Assembly: GCA_013202385.1 (NCBI GenBank)
Contig: JABMOT010000171.1
Span: forward strand, 1 to 46,390
Length of the DNA stretch: 46,390 bases
Source of the DNA: Fidelibacterota bacterium
Lineage (GTDB): Bacteria > Fidelibacterota > UBA8477 > JABMPR01
Direction: 5' to 3'
The translations under genes were made by a program, and so were the position numbers. Shown here piece after piece: positions 28,476-38,307 of the stretch. The notes below the pieces were generated by a model, which did no database searches, was not told the origin of the DNA, and was given only the letters and a program-made list of their open reading frames with translations. How positions within the stretch are numbered: position 1 is the stretch's first letter; each line of letters begins with the position of its first letter.

Positions 28476-29786
28476 TTATTTAACCAACATCATACTTTTA
28501 GCACTCACTTGTCCGTTGAAGGAGAGCTGATAAATGTAAAGTCCTGAGCTTAGGTTTGAACCGTTGAAAGAGGCAACGTGATTTCCGGCATTCATTTGGT
28601 CATTCAGCAGAGTTGCAATTTCGTGACCTGCAACATCATAAACCGTCAAAGTGACCAGACCATCCTGATGGAGCTCGTAGGCAATTGTGGTTGATGGGTT
28701 AAAGGGGTTCGGGTAATTCTGCTTCAACTCAAAAGCGGTCGGAATCGTAATGGGACGATCCACACCGTCGGGTACCTGATTCCAAATTGTCACAGCGCAA
28801 TATCCAAAATCAGCAACATACATTTTGGTACCATCTGCGCTCCAGGCACAACCACGACCATTAAACATGCCACCCTGATCGTAAGCACCGTTAGGTGTTC
28901 CAAATGAGTACTTTTCTGTACCATCAGTCCCATAGACCCAATAGCGTGAACCGTGTAATGTGTCAGCTGTAAACTCAATCTGAGTATTGGCAGCATACAG
29001 CAAGCCTTCAGGACTCATGCTCACATCTTCCGCCCAAAGCTGTTGGAATGTGGTATCGTTGATCTGCCATCCTCCAATGGCTTCCACCTCCTCATGGGGG
29101 AAGGTACCAGGCAAATCACTGTGTAAGTGACGAATACCCATCCCATTCCAGGTTGAGCCCGTGTAAATATCCTGGCCATCACCTGAGACAACAATTGCAC
29201 GAGTATTAGAACCAGTAAATTCAGCAACGGCATTGCCGGTTTCAACCAAATCTGAATTCAGTATTTTGATTGCGTGACCTGGTCCCACTGTACCAATATA
29301 GACATTTCCCGCATCATCAACGGCAGGTTTTGACAAGGAGCCAGTGAAATCGGGGTAATCGTACATGGCCATTCCAGCGCCAGTAGTATGGTTGATCTTA
29401 TACATCTTACCGGCAACGGCGTAGAGGACATTCCCATCATTATCTGTTGTCAAACCGCGGCAGGAACTGACGAGTGTGTCTGTGACCCCGCTGATAGTTA
29501 ACATTGAAATCGGTGAAAATGAGGCTGGTGTTCCATCGGAAGATACAGCAAATATCTGATAGACATCCACAGTGTCAGTCGCAGTTGGATAAAGTGACGC
29601 AGTGGAATAATTGTACATGGCGTACCAAATCATTCCAGCTCCATCCACAGTCACACCGTGCATCCCGTAACTGTTTGTGATCTCTGTGTCGGGAATTTCA
29701 GCAAGCACGCCTTCAAATTCCCAGCCGCCAAATACGGCACTGCTTATTACCAACGCAGTGACGAAGATAGATAGCATTCTTCTCAT
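28476..29786 (-). CDS. secreted beta-propeller (NHL/SMP-30-like) protein with T9SS type-A-like CTD
   Basis: Start at ATG 29786 (AAGGAG RBS); repeats GVTVDGAG, GLTTDNDG, AVDDAGNVY, AWSADGTKMYVAD; CTD LKQNYPNPFNPSTTI...SGLYIYQL...KSMMLVK. Confidence 0.82.
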   Translation of the reverse strand: MRRMLSIFVTALVISSAVFGGWEFEGVLAEIPDTEITNSYGMHGVTVDGAGMIWYAMYNYSTASLYPTATDTVDVYQIFAVSSDGTPASFSPISMLTISGVTDTLVSSCRGLTTDNDGNVLYAVAGKMYKINHTTGAGMAMYDYPDFTGSLSKPAVDDAGNVYIGTVGPGHAIKILNSDLVETGNAVAEFTGSNTRAIVVSGDGQDIYTGSTWNGMGIRHLHSDLPGTFPHEEVEAIGGWQINDTTFQQLWAEDVSMSPEGLLYAANTQIEFTADTLHGSRYWVYGTDGTEKYSFGTPNGAYDQGGMFNGRGCAWSADGTKMYVADFGYCAVTIWNQVPDGVDRPITIPTAFELKQNYPNPFNPSTTIAYELHQDGLVTLTVYDVAGHEIATLLNDQMNAGNHVASFNGSNLSSGLYIYQLSFNGQVSAKSMMLVK

Positions 29787-29902
29787 GTTTTGTTCTCCTT
29801 CTGTTGTTTGCGATTTATACATGCCAAACGCGTAAGATTATACAATTGAACGCGCTTTTATGCACATGTTTTTATTCTATTTGTTAATATTTTAAACAAA
29901 CT

Positions 29903-31141
29903 TTATTGACGCCCAGCATAGGCTGCTCCAGCCTCCACCATATTAATTTTGGACACTCTGGTTGCTTGCAGCTGATACAGATAGTCGCCATTCCCCCACA
30001 CCAGGTCACGTGTGGGCGGTGATAGTATGTGATTGTAAAACGGTTTTAATTCAAAATTCTCATATACGAGTATAGCCTGAACAGCATCCAGACCCAGAAA
30101 CAATTTGCCATCTGCTGAAAATGTCATAGCATTGATTTGAACCCCTGCATAATCTGGGTAATCTGCCAGATCAAGTACCAGTTCTGAGGCACCCAGAGTA
30201 AAACCGGAAATATGATTTTTATAGACCACAGGAGCTGTGTTTGCACCGTTGGATGTCCTGAATCCGGAAACATATAGATCATTGTCAAAGACTCGTACAC
30301 ATTTAATGTTTAGACTGTCATAGGCCATGAGTGTGTCTTTGATCCCTGTATCAAAACTGATGCCCATCACATAGCCCTTGTTCGGTGCTTTTATGAATGC
30401 GACGAAGACATGGTTGCTATCGAGAAAGTCCAGATCGCGGGTCACATCGGATCCTGCAAATGGGAATAAATAGCTTCTATTATAAAGACCAGTGGTCTTG
30501 TCCATGGCATAGAGCAGTGCCCCACCTGTCAGGAAGAGCAGATCATTGCCTCCGTACTTCAGACCCGTCGAGGACACCGTCAATGTACTAAATTCAAGTT
30601 TTTTCAAACTATCAGGGAAGACTGAATACATTTTGATGGTTGGATTTCCAAACGTAGTAACCCAAAGGGCATCGTTTACATCACAGGCAAGGGAATAGAG
30701 TTGATCAAAATCATCAAAGCCGCCAACCGGAATGACGGCCGGCACAATTTCAAAAGGTGTTTCATATTCGGCAAATTGAAAGGCTCCCTGGACACTTATC
30801 CTGACAATAATCGAATCTCCTGAAATAACCGGGACACGCACTCGCAGACTGGTTTCACTGGCCGTAAGCACCTCTCCAGGTAGACCGTTAAAAAAGACCA
30901 TATTATAATCTGAAACCGCTGAAAAATTGCTACCGGTAATTATTACCACGCCTTCGCCGGCAAAGCTGACATCGTTCTGACTGTAATTGCTATCTGGAGC
31001 CACGTGTGTTATAGCTGGTGTTGGGTTCCCGGTCACATCAGGATTGTAGATGCTTTGTGGATCTTCCTCACAACTAAAAAACAGCACTATAACAGTGAGG
31101 GTCATTACTAATAATTTTTGGGTTTGTTTTTGCTGTCTCAT
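29903..31141 (-). CDS. IPT/TIG-domain lipoprotein with C-terminal beta-propeller
   Basis: Lipobox FFSC then EED; P.IT.V.P...VIITGSNF...N.VFF..A.ETSL.V.VP (IPT/TIG); start probably ATG 31141. Confidence 0.82.
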   Translation of the reverse strand: MRQQKQTQKLLVMTLTVIVLFFSCEEDPQSIYNPDVTGNPTPAITHVAPDSNYSQNDVSFAGEGVVIITGSNFSAVSDYNMVFFNGLPGEVLTASETSLRVRVPVISGDSIIVRISVQGAFQFAEYETPFEIVPAVIPVGGFDDFDQLYSLACDVNDALWVTTFGNPTIKMYSVFPDSLKKLEFSTLTVSSTGLKYGGNDLLFLTGGALLYAMDKTTGLYNRSYLFPFAGSDVTRDLDFLDSNHVFVAFIKAPNKGYVMGISFDTGIKDTLMAYDSLNIKCVRVFDNDLYVSGFRTSNGANTAPVVYKNHISGFTLGASELVLDLADYPDYAGVQINAMTFSADGKLFLGLDAVQAILVYENFELKPFYNHILSPPTRDLVWGNGDYLYQLQATRVSKINMVEAGAAYAGRQ

Positions 31142-31184
31142 ATTATTTCGTCCTGTTTTTTGCATGATACGCCAACTCCAAAGT

Positions 31185-33305
31185 CTAACGTATTACGATA
31201 AATTTTTCAAGGATAGAGCGACCATCAGGCTGCTCAAAATGTGCAATGTAAATCCCGCTGGAAATCACCTGTAGAGCATCTGTACTTAACAGCCAAAACT
31301 CATCTCCACTGCCGTCCGTATGCTGGATTGTCTTGATGAGATCCCCGCGTTCTGTATAAATTCGTATTGTGCATACTCCAGGAATGTCATAAAAAGCGAG
31401 CTTATCAGGTTGCCCGAGAAAAGCCTCCTGATTGATATTGTATGGATTTGGAACAATGCGAACCTTTTCCAAATTGCCAGCTTTTCTTTTTAAGGTTGCA
31501 GCCTGGGTCGTACGGGTATAAAATCTATTACTATGCAATGACCCAGAGGGATTCAATGTGGTATTATTTTCACTGCCATCATTAAAGGCCACCAAATAAT
31601 AAAAATAATTTTGACCACGAACAGGTGAGATGTCATCATAGTAATAGCTAAGCTCCGGATTATCCGTTCCAAATCCACAGGCGAAGATTTCTTCGAAAGT
31701 TGTATCCAGCTCACCTATGGCCCTGAACAGACGATACCCACCGAAATCCGCATCATTCTCAGATAAACTGGGTAGCCAGCTTGTGTAGATAAGATCCCCC
31801 CCTGACTCCACAGTGAAGCTCTGAGGTGGCTGTGGTGGTTGTGGAATGGTAAAACCAGAATCATAATTGCGTTTTGCTCGGCCAAAAGTAAGCATTATTG
31901 AATCTTTGCCTGTATATACCCAACTGTTTTTAAAGACATTCATATCAGTGGTCTCGTTTCCATCAGGCAAAGTAAAGGGTCCATTATCTCCGGGTGTATT
32001 GTAGGCCTGCTGCCAACGCTCTCCAATCACTCGGCACATTTCCCGACTCAAGCCGTTTATACCCTCTGCTTCCACAATATGAATACTCTCGCCGAGTGCC
32101 AGATCGAAGGGACCATAGGTCATCATGACATTGGTGCCTCCGCCATCGTTGTGTGCCTTCCAGGGATCAAATGGATCCGTGATATCACCACCTGTAAAAA
32201 CTTCATCCATCCGAGTTGTATCCCCCATGTTCGACCCGCCAAAAGGATGGCCCGAAAGCATTTCATAGAGATCACTCATGGCGTCAACATTCTCGATTCG
32301 TTGATCACCTATTTTTGGATAGGTATCACCGGCATGCCAACCAAGGAATACAGGTTGGGCAATCCAATCTTCAGGATCCAGTGCCGATCGATCCACATGG
32401 AGAACAACAGAACCCGTATGATGCGGGGATGTCAATCTGCCCGTAGCTGTTAAATCTGGACCGCCAATATTATCGAAGGTATTCTTTTCCCCTTGTCCAG
32501 CCCAAGAGAAACCTGCCCGGAGCCAATCTACAATGGGATTATCGGGCGTAATTGCTTCTTGATAGTGAAGTGAATAATCCTCTCCACGGCGTGTAACCCA
32601 TGTGTGTTTACCCCAACTCTGTCCATCACCGATGGTCCAGTTGGCTTCTCGACCCATTGAATAGCGTGTTCCCCAGCCAATCCTTACACCGAGCAAAGAA
32701 TCTGTGAGTTCTATATCTGCATCCCAATCGGCATTGCCAGTATTGGTGAAGGTAAATTCTTTAATGAAGTAGTTGTCATGATATTGCTGACTAAAAGCGT
32801 AAATTTTGCGGGTCATAGTCAAACCCATGGAAGAATTCACAATATTTGTGATAATTCTGTCTGCAAGCTGATCTGGGTCGATGGCATCTATCTCACCAGC
32901 AAAGATGACTCCGAGATCATTGCCATCCACATAGACATTAGGGGGTTGGAAACGACTGGTTTGGGTCAGCTCCATTGGAAATAGACCGATGCCCTCAGCA
33001 TCCTGGGTGTAATACACACCATATCTGGACCAAAAGGCACCATTCTTATCTTTAAAATCTCGAGAAGCTGCCCATGCACGTTTGATGACGGCATTATCCT
33101 GGAACCGATAGTCAGCTGGCCAGATCATACCTTCGTAATAGCTGTTATTCCAGCCTCTCTCAGATCCATAGGCAGAGAATTGACTCTGGAGACTACCAAT
33201 ACGAACATAACGTTTCAGGGATGCATCGACCTGACCTTGAACCATGGACAATCCAAGTAAAAGGACAAAGCTCAAAATTGCGATGATACTACGACGGATC
33301 TTCAT
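31185..33305 (-). CDS. secreted TBDR-partner protein #3 (FN3-like domain, variant IVPNPY CTD)
   Basis: Signal peptide; TGATG overlap with TBDR #3; PQPPQPP linker, FGGYRLFRA; CTD VRIVPNPY...FYDIPGVCTIRIYTERGDL...SGIYIAHF...KFIVIR. Confidence 0.85.
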   Translation of the reverse strand: MKIRRSIIAILSFVLLLGLSMVQGQVDASLKRYVRIGSLQSQFSAYGSERGWNNSYYEGMIWPADYRFQDNAVIKRAWAASRDFKDKNGAFWSRYGVYYTQDAEGIGLFPMELTQTSRFQPPNVYVDGNDLGVIFAGEIDAIDPDQLADRIITNIVNSSMGLTMTRKIYAFSQQYHDNYFIKEFTFTNTGNADWDADIELTDSLLGVRIGWGTRYSMGREANWTIGDGQSWGKHTWVTRRGEDYSLHYQEAITPDNPIVDWLRAGFSWAGQGEKNTFDNIGGPDLTATGRLTSPHHTGSVVLHVDRSALDPEDWIAQPVFLGWHAGDTYPKIGDQRIENVDAMSDLYEMLSGHPFGGSNMGDTTRMDEVFTGGDITDPFDPWKAHNDGGGTNVMMTYGPFDLALGESIHIVEAEGINGLSREMCRVIGERWQQAYNTPGDNGPFTLPDGNETTDMNVFKNSWVYTGKDSIMLTFGRAKRNYDSGFTIPQPPQPPQSFTVESGGDLIYTSWLPSLSENDADFGGYRLFRAIGELDTTFEEIFACGFGTDNPELSYYYDDISPVRGQNYFYYLVAFNDGSENNTTLNPSGSLHSNRFYTRTTQAATLKRKAGNLEKVRIVPNPYNINQEAFLGQPDKLAFYDIPGVCTIRIYTERGDLIKTIQHTDGSGDEFWLLSTDALQVISSGIYIAHFEQPDGRSILEKFIVIR

Positions 33306-36256
33306 CAGAATTTAAACCTCATACCAATGGTGAATTTGCGAGGATCCAAAAAGGTTAGCGAGCGATAATTGGGCATATCAATATAGGATCGTGTATCCCT
33401 GCGACGCTCATTCTCCAAGTCAATATCCGGATCATTGTCCGGGTTTGCCACCATGGGATCATACTCCACATCGTCATCCCGATACACTCCAACATAATCG
33501 TCACCCGCCTCAATGTCTTCTTCAAATGAAAAATGCAGTGACTGAAGATAGTCGATATAATCAAACTGATCTGAGAACCCACTATAGCGCAAATATTTTT
33601 TATCGAACACATTGGCAACATCACAGAATAATTCAAGATTCCTGTCACCCAGAGCCAGAGATTTCTGCAGGCGAAGGTCCACATTCCAGCGAGGTGCCCA
33701 TTGTACGTATTTGTCAATAAAAAGGAGACTGGACAGGTTGAATTGGCTTCCCGTTTTGTAATCCCCAAGAAAACTCAGTGTGAATCCGCCCAATGGGTTT
33801 ATGCTCAGAACTTTGGGACCAAATGTTGAAGGCGTACGGAAAGCGATATTTGCTCTAAAATAAGGTTGCGGCCGTGGTCGGTCATCCTTGACATTCACCT
33901 GTTCGTAATCCCGCTGTTCCTGCGGATTCTGATAATAGCGCAAAAGACCAAAATACCCACTCGTCTTTACCATATAGGTATAGTTAATAAATCCACTAAT
34001 AAATCGGCCTTTAGGTTTGCTAACGGTCACTTCAAACCCACGGATATCCTGGTAATTATTGCTTTGTGCTTTGCGATAATTAACAGAACCATTGGCATTT
34101 CGATAAATGACCCAGCCTGACTGATTGGTGATGTCCTTGTAATACGCTGCCAAATCCAGGAGAACTACATTGTTAAAACCATGGGAATAACCCAATTCAT
34201 AGGCAACTGTCTTCTCCTGATCCAATTCCGGATTTCCCAAATCAGTAACCAAACCATTGGATTCACGTTGAATCCTGAATCGGTAGGTTGATCGTGCTTC
34301 GGAGTAAAAATGACCATAGTTAAAGTAAAGCTTTGAATGATCCGTGATGGGATGAGCCACGCCCAACCGCGGTGCCAGAGTAAGGTTTGATTGAGCCGGT
34401 TTCTTATCAGCCAACTCCTCCAAGGAGCTACCAACTCCCTGTTGAAATAGCTCATCAAAAGCATCCAGAAGATACACATCAGTATTGGAGGCTGAGTACT
34501 CACCACGGAGTCCTAAATTTGCAATAAAGCCCTCATATTCCAGTTTATCCTGGATGTAGGCACTAAACCGTGACGGCGAAACGTCGTAACTCATGTTCCT
34601 GGTCCAAGTATCCTTATCACTTTCCGTATAAGAGCGTACCTGAAAATCATACAGGGTCATTTGCAAGCCCATTTTCAGCTGGTTATTCTCATTGATCTGG
34701 GCGGTGTAGTCACTTTTCAACAGGAAGGAGTTTGTGCGGCTGGTATCGCGCCCCAGATTCATCCAATCGGCCGAATTGTATCCATAAGGAGCTTCATCAT
34801 CATAAAAGCCCGGGAAGATCTCAATCTTTGTTGTGTCTCTATATTCCAGCTCAAAAGTTCGATACTGGGTACGTCCATACTGAGCAATGATTTCAAAATA
34901 GGAATCACTGCTCAACATGTGATTATAGCTCAAATCCACCCTACCGCGATAAATCGAATAGGGACTGAAATATCCAGGTGTAAACAGAACAGCGTCCGTG
35001 GCTAGATTTGCAACGTTGTAACTGCCCCTGAGGAGATTGCCCTCTGGGACGGTCGTCCAGTTCGCCTCATTCACAGAGTGTTCCTCAGCATATAGCAGAT
35101 TTGCGACTAGTTTTTGGTGAGGACTAATCTCATAGTTGAGTTTTAAGCGCGTAGAATTGGAGCTATATCCATCCCGAGAGAGTGGAATAACGAACATTTC
35201 CTTCTCTTCACGGAAGGAAATGAAAAAGCGTAGGGAAGAAAGACCGGGTAATGGACCTCCAAAACCCATATCCAGTGTATGGTCAGGCTTGGTGATGTCC
35301 CCCGACCTGCGATGCTCCCAAATCCACTGCTGTTGAGCGGCGGTGGACGTCATTCCCGCCAGAGGATTATTGCGCTCATTCCAACCCGCAAAGGTTGCAT
35401 ACTGTCGTCGTGTGTATTCATCCCAGCTTCCATTATCCGTGCCACTCCAGGCGACTGTATCATCCAGGTAAGGTCTCAGAAAATAGGAACTCTTATCATA
35501 GGGTGAAATCCCGTAATGTTTGGGTGCTGCGGGACTGACCTGATAATATAAGGAGCCCTTGTAATGATCTGCGGAACCCTCAGCGGTGATAACATTGACG
35601 ATACCGGACCGGATATTTCCATATTCTGCATTAAATCCACCTGACTGAACCTGAATTTCTTCTACAGAGCTTAGACTAATGGTGGTCACTGGTGCATTGG
35701 AACGGCTGTCACTTAGCAGAAATCCATCCATCATAACTGCAGTTTGATAAATACTACCGCCTCGCACTTCCATATTTTCCACACCAGCTTGAACACCGAG
35801 GACAGATGCAACGGATGAAATGGGCAATTGTTCAATGGATTCTGAATTGACATTCAGTTGGCTTCCGGAGAGGTCTTTCCGGACGATTGGCCTTTCAACG
35901 ATCACTGTGATGGACTGCATTCCTAGCACTTCAGGTGAAAGCTTAATATCGATATTGGAGGTGAGTCCGATAACGACCTCAATATTTTCAATTACCGCAC
36001 CCGTATAACCAATAATTGAAGCTTGGATTCTATGTTTTCCAGGTCGGACATTCAGGATGGAATAATAGCCACTCAGATCGCTGGCAGCACCAATACCCAT
36101 ATCTGTCACGATTATATTTACACCCACAAGAGCGTCCCCAGACTCAATATCTGTGATACGTCCACTGATTTTACCGGTTGTGGAGGCATATGATACTGAT
36201 GTTAGCATCATGATGCAAAATGTCAGGAAGCAAAGCCTTTTCTTCATAGGTGACAT
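33305..36256 (-). CDS. TonB-dependent receptor #3
   Basis: TTGKISG, GYYSILNVRPG, VRGG, SGGFNAEYGNIRSGIVN, YIQDKLE, APRLG, NPELDQEKT; C-terminal F. Confidence 0.92.
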   Translation of the reverse strand: MSPMKKRLCFLTFCIMMLTSVSYASTTGKISGRITDIESGDALVGVNIIVTDMGIGAASDLSGYYSILNVRPGKHRIQASIIGYTGAVIENIEVVIGLTSNIDIKLSPEVLGMQSITVIVERPIVRKDLSGSQLNVNSESIEQLPISSVASVLGVQAGVENMEVRGGSIYQTAVMMDGFLLSDSRSNAPVTTISLSSVEEIQVQSGGFNAEYGNIRSGIVNVITAEGSADHYKGSLYYQVSPAAPKHYGISPYDKSSYFLRPYLDDTVAWSGTDNGSWDEYTRRQYATFAGWNERNNPLAGMTSTAAQQQWIWEHRRSGDITKPDHTLDMGFGGPLPGLSSLRFFISFREEKEMFVIPLSRDGYSSNSTRLKLNYEISPHQKLVANLLYAEEHSVNEANWTTVPEGNLLRGSYNVANLATDAVLFTPGYFSPYSIYRGRVDLSYNHMLSSDSYFEIIAQYGRTQYRTFELEYRDTTKIEIFPGFYDDEAPYGYNSADWMNLGRDTSRTNSFLLKSDYTAQINENNQLKMGLQMTLYDFQVRSYTESDKDTWTRNMSYDVSPSRFSAYIQDKLEYEGFIANLGLRGEYSASNTDVYLLDAFDELFQQGVGSSLEELADKKPAQSNLTLAPRLGVAHPITDHSKLYFNYGHFYSEARSTYRFRIQRESNGLVTDLGNPELDQEKTVAYELGYSHGFNNVVLLDLAAYYKDITNQSGWVIYRNANGSVNYRKAQSNNYQDIRGFEVTVSKPKGRFISGFINYTYMVKTSGYFGLLRYYQNPQEQRDYEQVNVKDDRPRPQPYFRANIAFRTPSTFGPKVLSINPLGGFTLSFLGDYKTGSQFNLSSLLFIDKYVQWAPRWNVDLRLQKSLALGDRNLELFCDVANVFDKKYLRYSGFSDQFDYIDYLQSLHFSFEEDIEAGDDYVGVYRDDDVEYDPMVANPDNDPDIDLENERRRDTRSYIDMPNYRSLTFLDPRKFTIGMRFKF

Positions 36257-36264
36257 GATTTCCC

Positions 36265-37251
36265 TTAAAGTGAAAATCTCACTGTCATGCGTTGAACATC
36301 GCCCAGGCGACCAAAAGCCTCGTAGGCGTAATCAAATACAACTCCAAATTGCTGAATACCCAGGCCAAAAGAGAGGTCATTTTCATCGTTTGCCGAGCGA
36401 TAGCCCGCCCTCAAGGACAGCATATCAATGGGTCTGTATTCCAAACCGATCCGTATTTGTTCCGCGTGGGAGCGATAGTGAAGTGCATCGATACTTAAGA
36501 GCATCTGCTGCTTTTTCATCGTTGACCGTTTCAAATCAAAGATGTCCATTGAAATCCCCAGGGTGAAAGCAAGCGGTAATTGGAAACCCTCTTTCTCAAA
36601 GATGACTTCATTGGAAAAATTTCTCACTGACATGCCAAATGCGAGACTATTCCAACCGGTTTTATATATTGTTCCAAAATCGACAGCATTAGCAAAGGCA
36701 AGATTAGATTTAACTGTATCAGCGATCCCTGTTTCATCCGGATAAACACTCTTGCCATAGTTCAAGCCCACATATTTAAAATGTCCACCCACTGAGAATT
36801 TATCGTTGAGCGCTTTAGCATAGCCGATACCTGCTGCATAGGCTGAGGGTCTTAAAATTTCGGTATCCACATAACCCTGATCATTATCCCAGCGCTGCGT
36901 GCCCTGAATATCGCCGTAGTCAACGCCAATATAGGATAAAGCGAGAACGCCAAGATTGCCATCTCCGGGTTTATAGGCTACAGAAAAGGAATTATAGTTG
37001 ATGTCAGCAAACCATTGGTTTTGACTGGCCATGAAGTTGATCGCTTCTTTCATGCGTGCCATTCCAGCAGGGTTAAAGAACACTGAGGCGGATTGCATTT
37101 CCACAGTTGTCAATGCGCCAGCCATACCACCCGCCTTCGCATCGGAGTCTACACTTAGAAACTGACCACCAGACTGGGCTAGCTTGATTTGGCCGAATGT
37201 TGCTGAAAAGCCAAAACACAGGATGAGGACGAACACGTAAATCTTTTTCAT
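36265..37251 (-). CDS. PorV/PorQ-like outer-membrane beta-barrel #3
   Basis: Start reassigned to ATG 37251 (MKKIY..., signal peptide); GQFLSVDSDAKAGGM and FNPAGM motifs; DYAY..FG.LG...R..VRFSL end. Confidence 0.85.
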   Translation of the reverse strand: MKKIYVFVLILCFGFSATFGQIKLAQSGGQFLSVDSDAKAGGMAGALTTVEMQSASVFFNPAGMARMKEAINFMASQNQWFADINYNSFSVAYKPGDGNLGVLALSYIGVDYGDIQGTQRWDNDQGYVDTEILRPSAYAAGIGYAKALNDKFSVGGHFKYVGLNYGKSVYPDETGIADTVKSNLAFANAVDFGTIYKTGWNSLAFGMSVRNFSNEVIFEKEGFQLPLAFTLGISMDIFDLKRSTMKKQQMLLSIDALHYRSHAEQIRIGLEYRPIDMLSLRAGYRSANDENDLSFGLGIQQFGVVFDYAYEAFGRLGDVQRMTVRFSL

Positions 37252-37276
37252 GCGAAACCTTCTAGACCTTCTCATC

Positions 37277-38296
37277 TTAATTGCCCTCCAAAAGTGCCAA
37301 ATGGAAATTCTGAGATAACATGGCTTCATTCGGTAGAAATTGTATCAAATATTCCTCTGCATCCAGAGCGAAGCGGGTCATGGTTTTCACCTCGGGACAG
37401 TATGCAATCAGTTCCATGGAAATACTGTTGTCTAGAGGGGTCTGTCGCTCACCTATTGCGTTCCATATGGATATTGACATGTACGAGTTTGTATTGAAGG
37501 ATACGTCACCACTCCCCATTGTATTGCGATCCCATAAGAGATACCCCGCATCGTTCGCACTTTCCAGTTCTATGTGCATAAGGGAATCTGGATATTCCAA
37601 ATAGACTGAGTCAGCCCTTAAGGTTTCAATGGCCAAGCTAAATCCCAAGCCATCGCTAAGATAATCTTTAGCAGGTGCCAGGATTACATTGGCTAAACTG
37701 CTGTCTTCCACGCGATGGACCCTTGTCGTTGAAGATTGTATCACAATAGCACCATGAAAAGATATCTGCCAGGCATCACCTGCGCCCACGGAACCTTGTG
37801 AAAAACTCAGATAAAAGGGTGTGGTTTCCGATCCGATAATCATCAAGGTATCCAGATCCAAACCGGTCAAATTGGCAGCACCTAGAGGATTATATTTATA
37901 GACCAGTTTAATGCCGTCCACGACCATGGTATTTTCATCGTAAGTCAATGATAGAAAACGCAATGCAGCTAAAGTATCCGCTCCATCGATAAATACATAG
38001 ACATCCGGTTCAATTAAAAAATCGTCATCGAACCAGGATGATCCGATTCGTTCTGTTGCAGCGAGAGCTGCGTCAATATCCTGACCAACCCAGACTGGCC
38101 CCAGTGGTCTCAAATCTGCCCCAAAGAGATTCACCCAGAGTGTATCGTTTAGAAGCTCGCAGGCAGCTTGTTCTGTATCATTCAGTACATAGGTTTCCTC
38201 CTGATAGAGCTCGCAATGTTGTAAACCGAAAATTGGGAGGATGAAAAAGATCCCAAGTAGGGGACGTTTAAATAGTATGAATATGCTTTTTATCAT
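37277..38296 (-). CDS. hypothetical exported protein, probable lipoprotein
   Basis: Hydrophobic N-terminus ending in LQHC followed by acidic residues; lies within the operon. Confidence 0.7.
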   Translation of the reverse strand: MIKSIFILFKRPLLGIFFILPIFGLQHCELYQEETYVLNDTEQAACELLNDTLWVNLFGADLRPLGPVWVGQDIDAALAATERIGSSWFDDDFLIEPDVYVFIDGADTLAALRFLSLTYDENTMVVDGIKLVYKYNPLGAANLTGLDLDTLMIIGSETTPFYLSFSQGSVGAGDAWQISFHGAIVIQSSTTRVHRVEDSSLANVILAPAKDYLSDGLGFSLAIETLRADSVYLEYPDSLMHIELESANDAGYLLWDRNTMGSGDVSFNTNSYMSISIWNAIGERQTPLDNSISMELIAYCPEVKTMTRFALDAEEYLIQFLPNEAMLSQNFHLALLEGN

Positions 38297-38307
38297 TTGA
38301 AAACCCC

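Noticed and set aside
29809-29827. sigma54-like TTGGCATGTATAAATCGCA before the 29786 gene
   Set aside because: The GG-to-GC spacing is 12 rather than the required 10.
8843-37251. Assigning the gene symbol porV or fadL to the three barrels
   Set aside because: Only family-level motifs are visible; there are three paralogues and none is next to porU.
37252-37329. N-terminal extension of the 354-aa PorV-like ORF
   Set aside because: It overlaps the upstream gene; MKKIY at 37251 gives a normal signal peptide.
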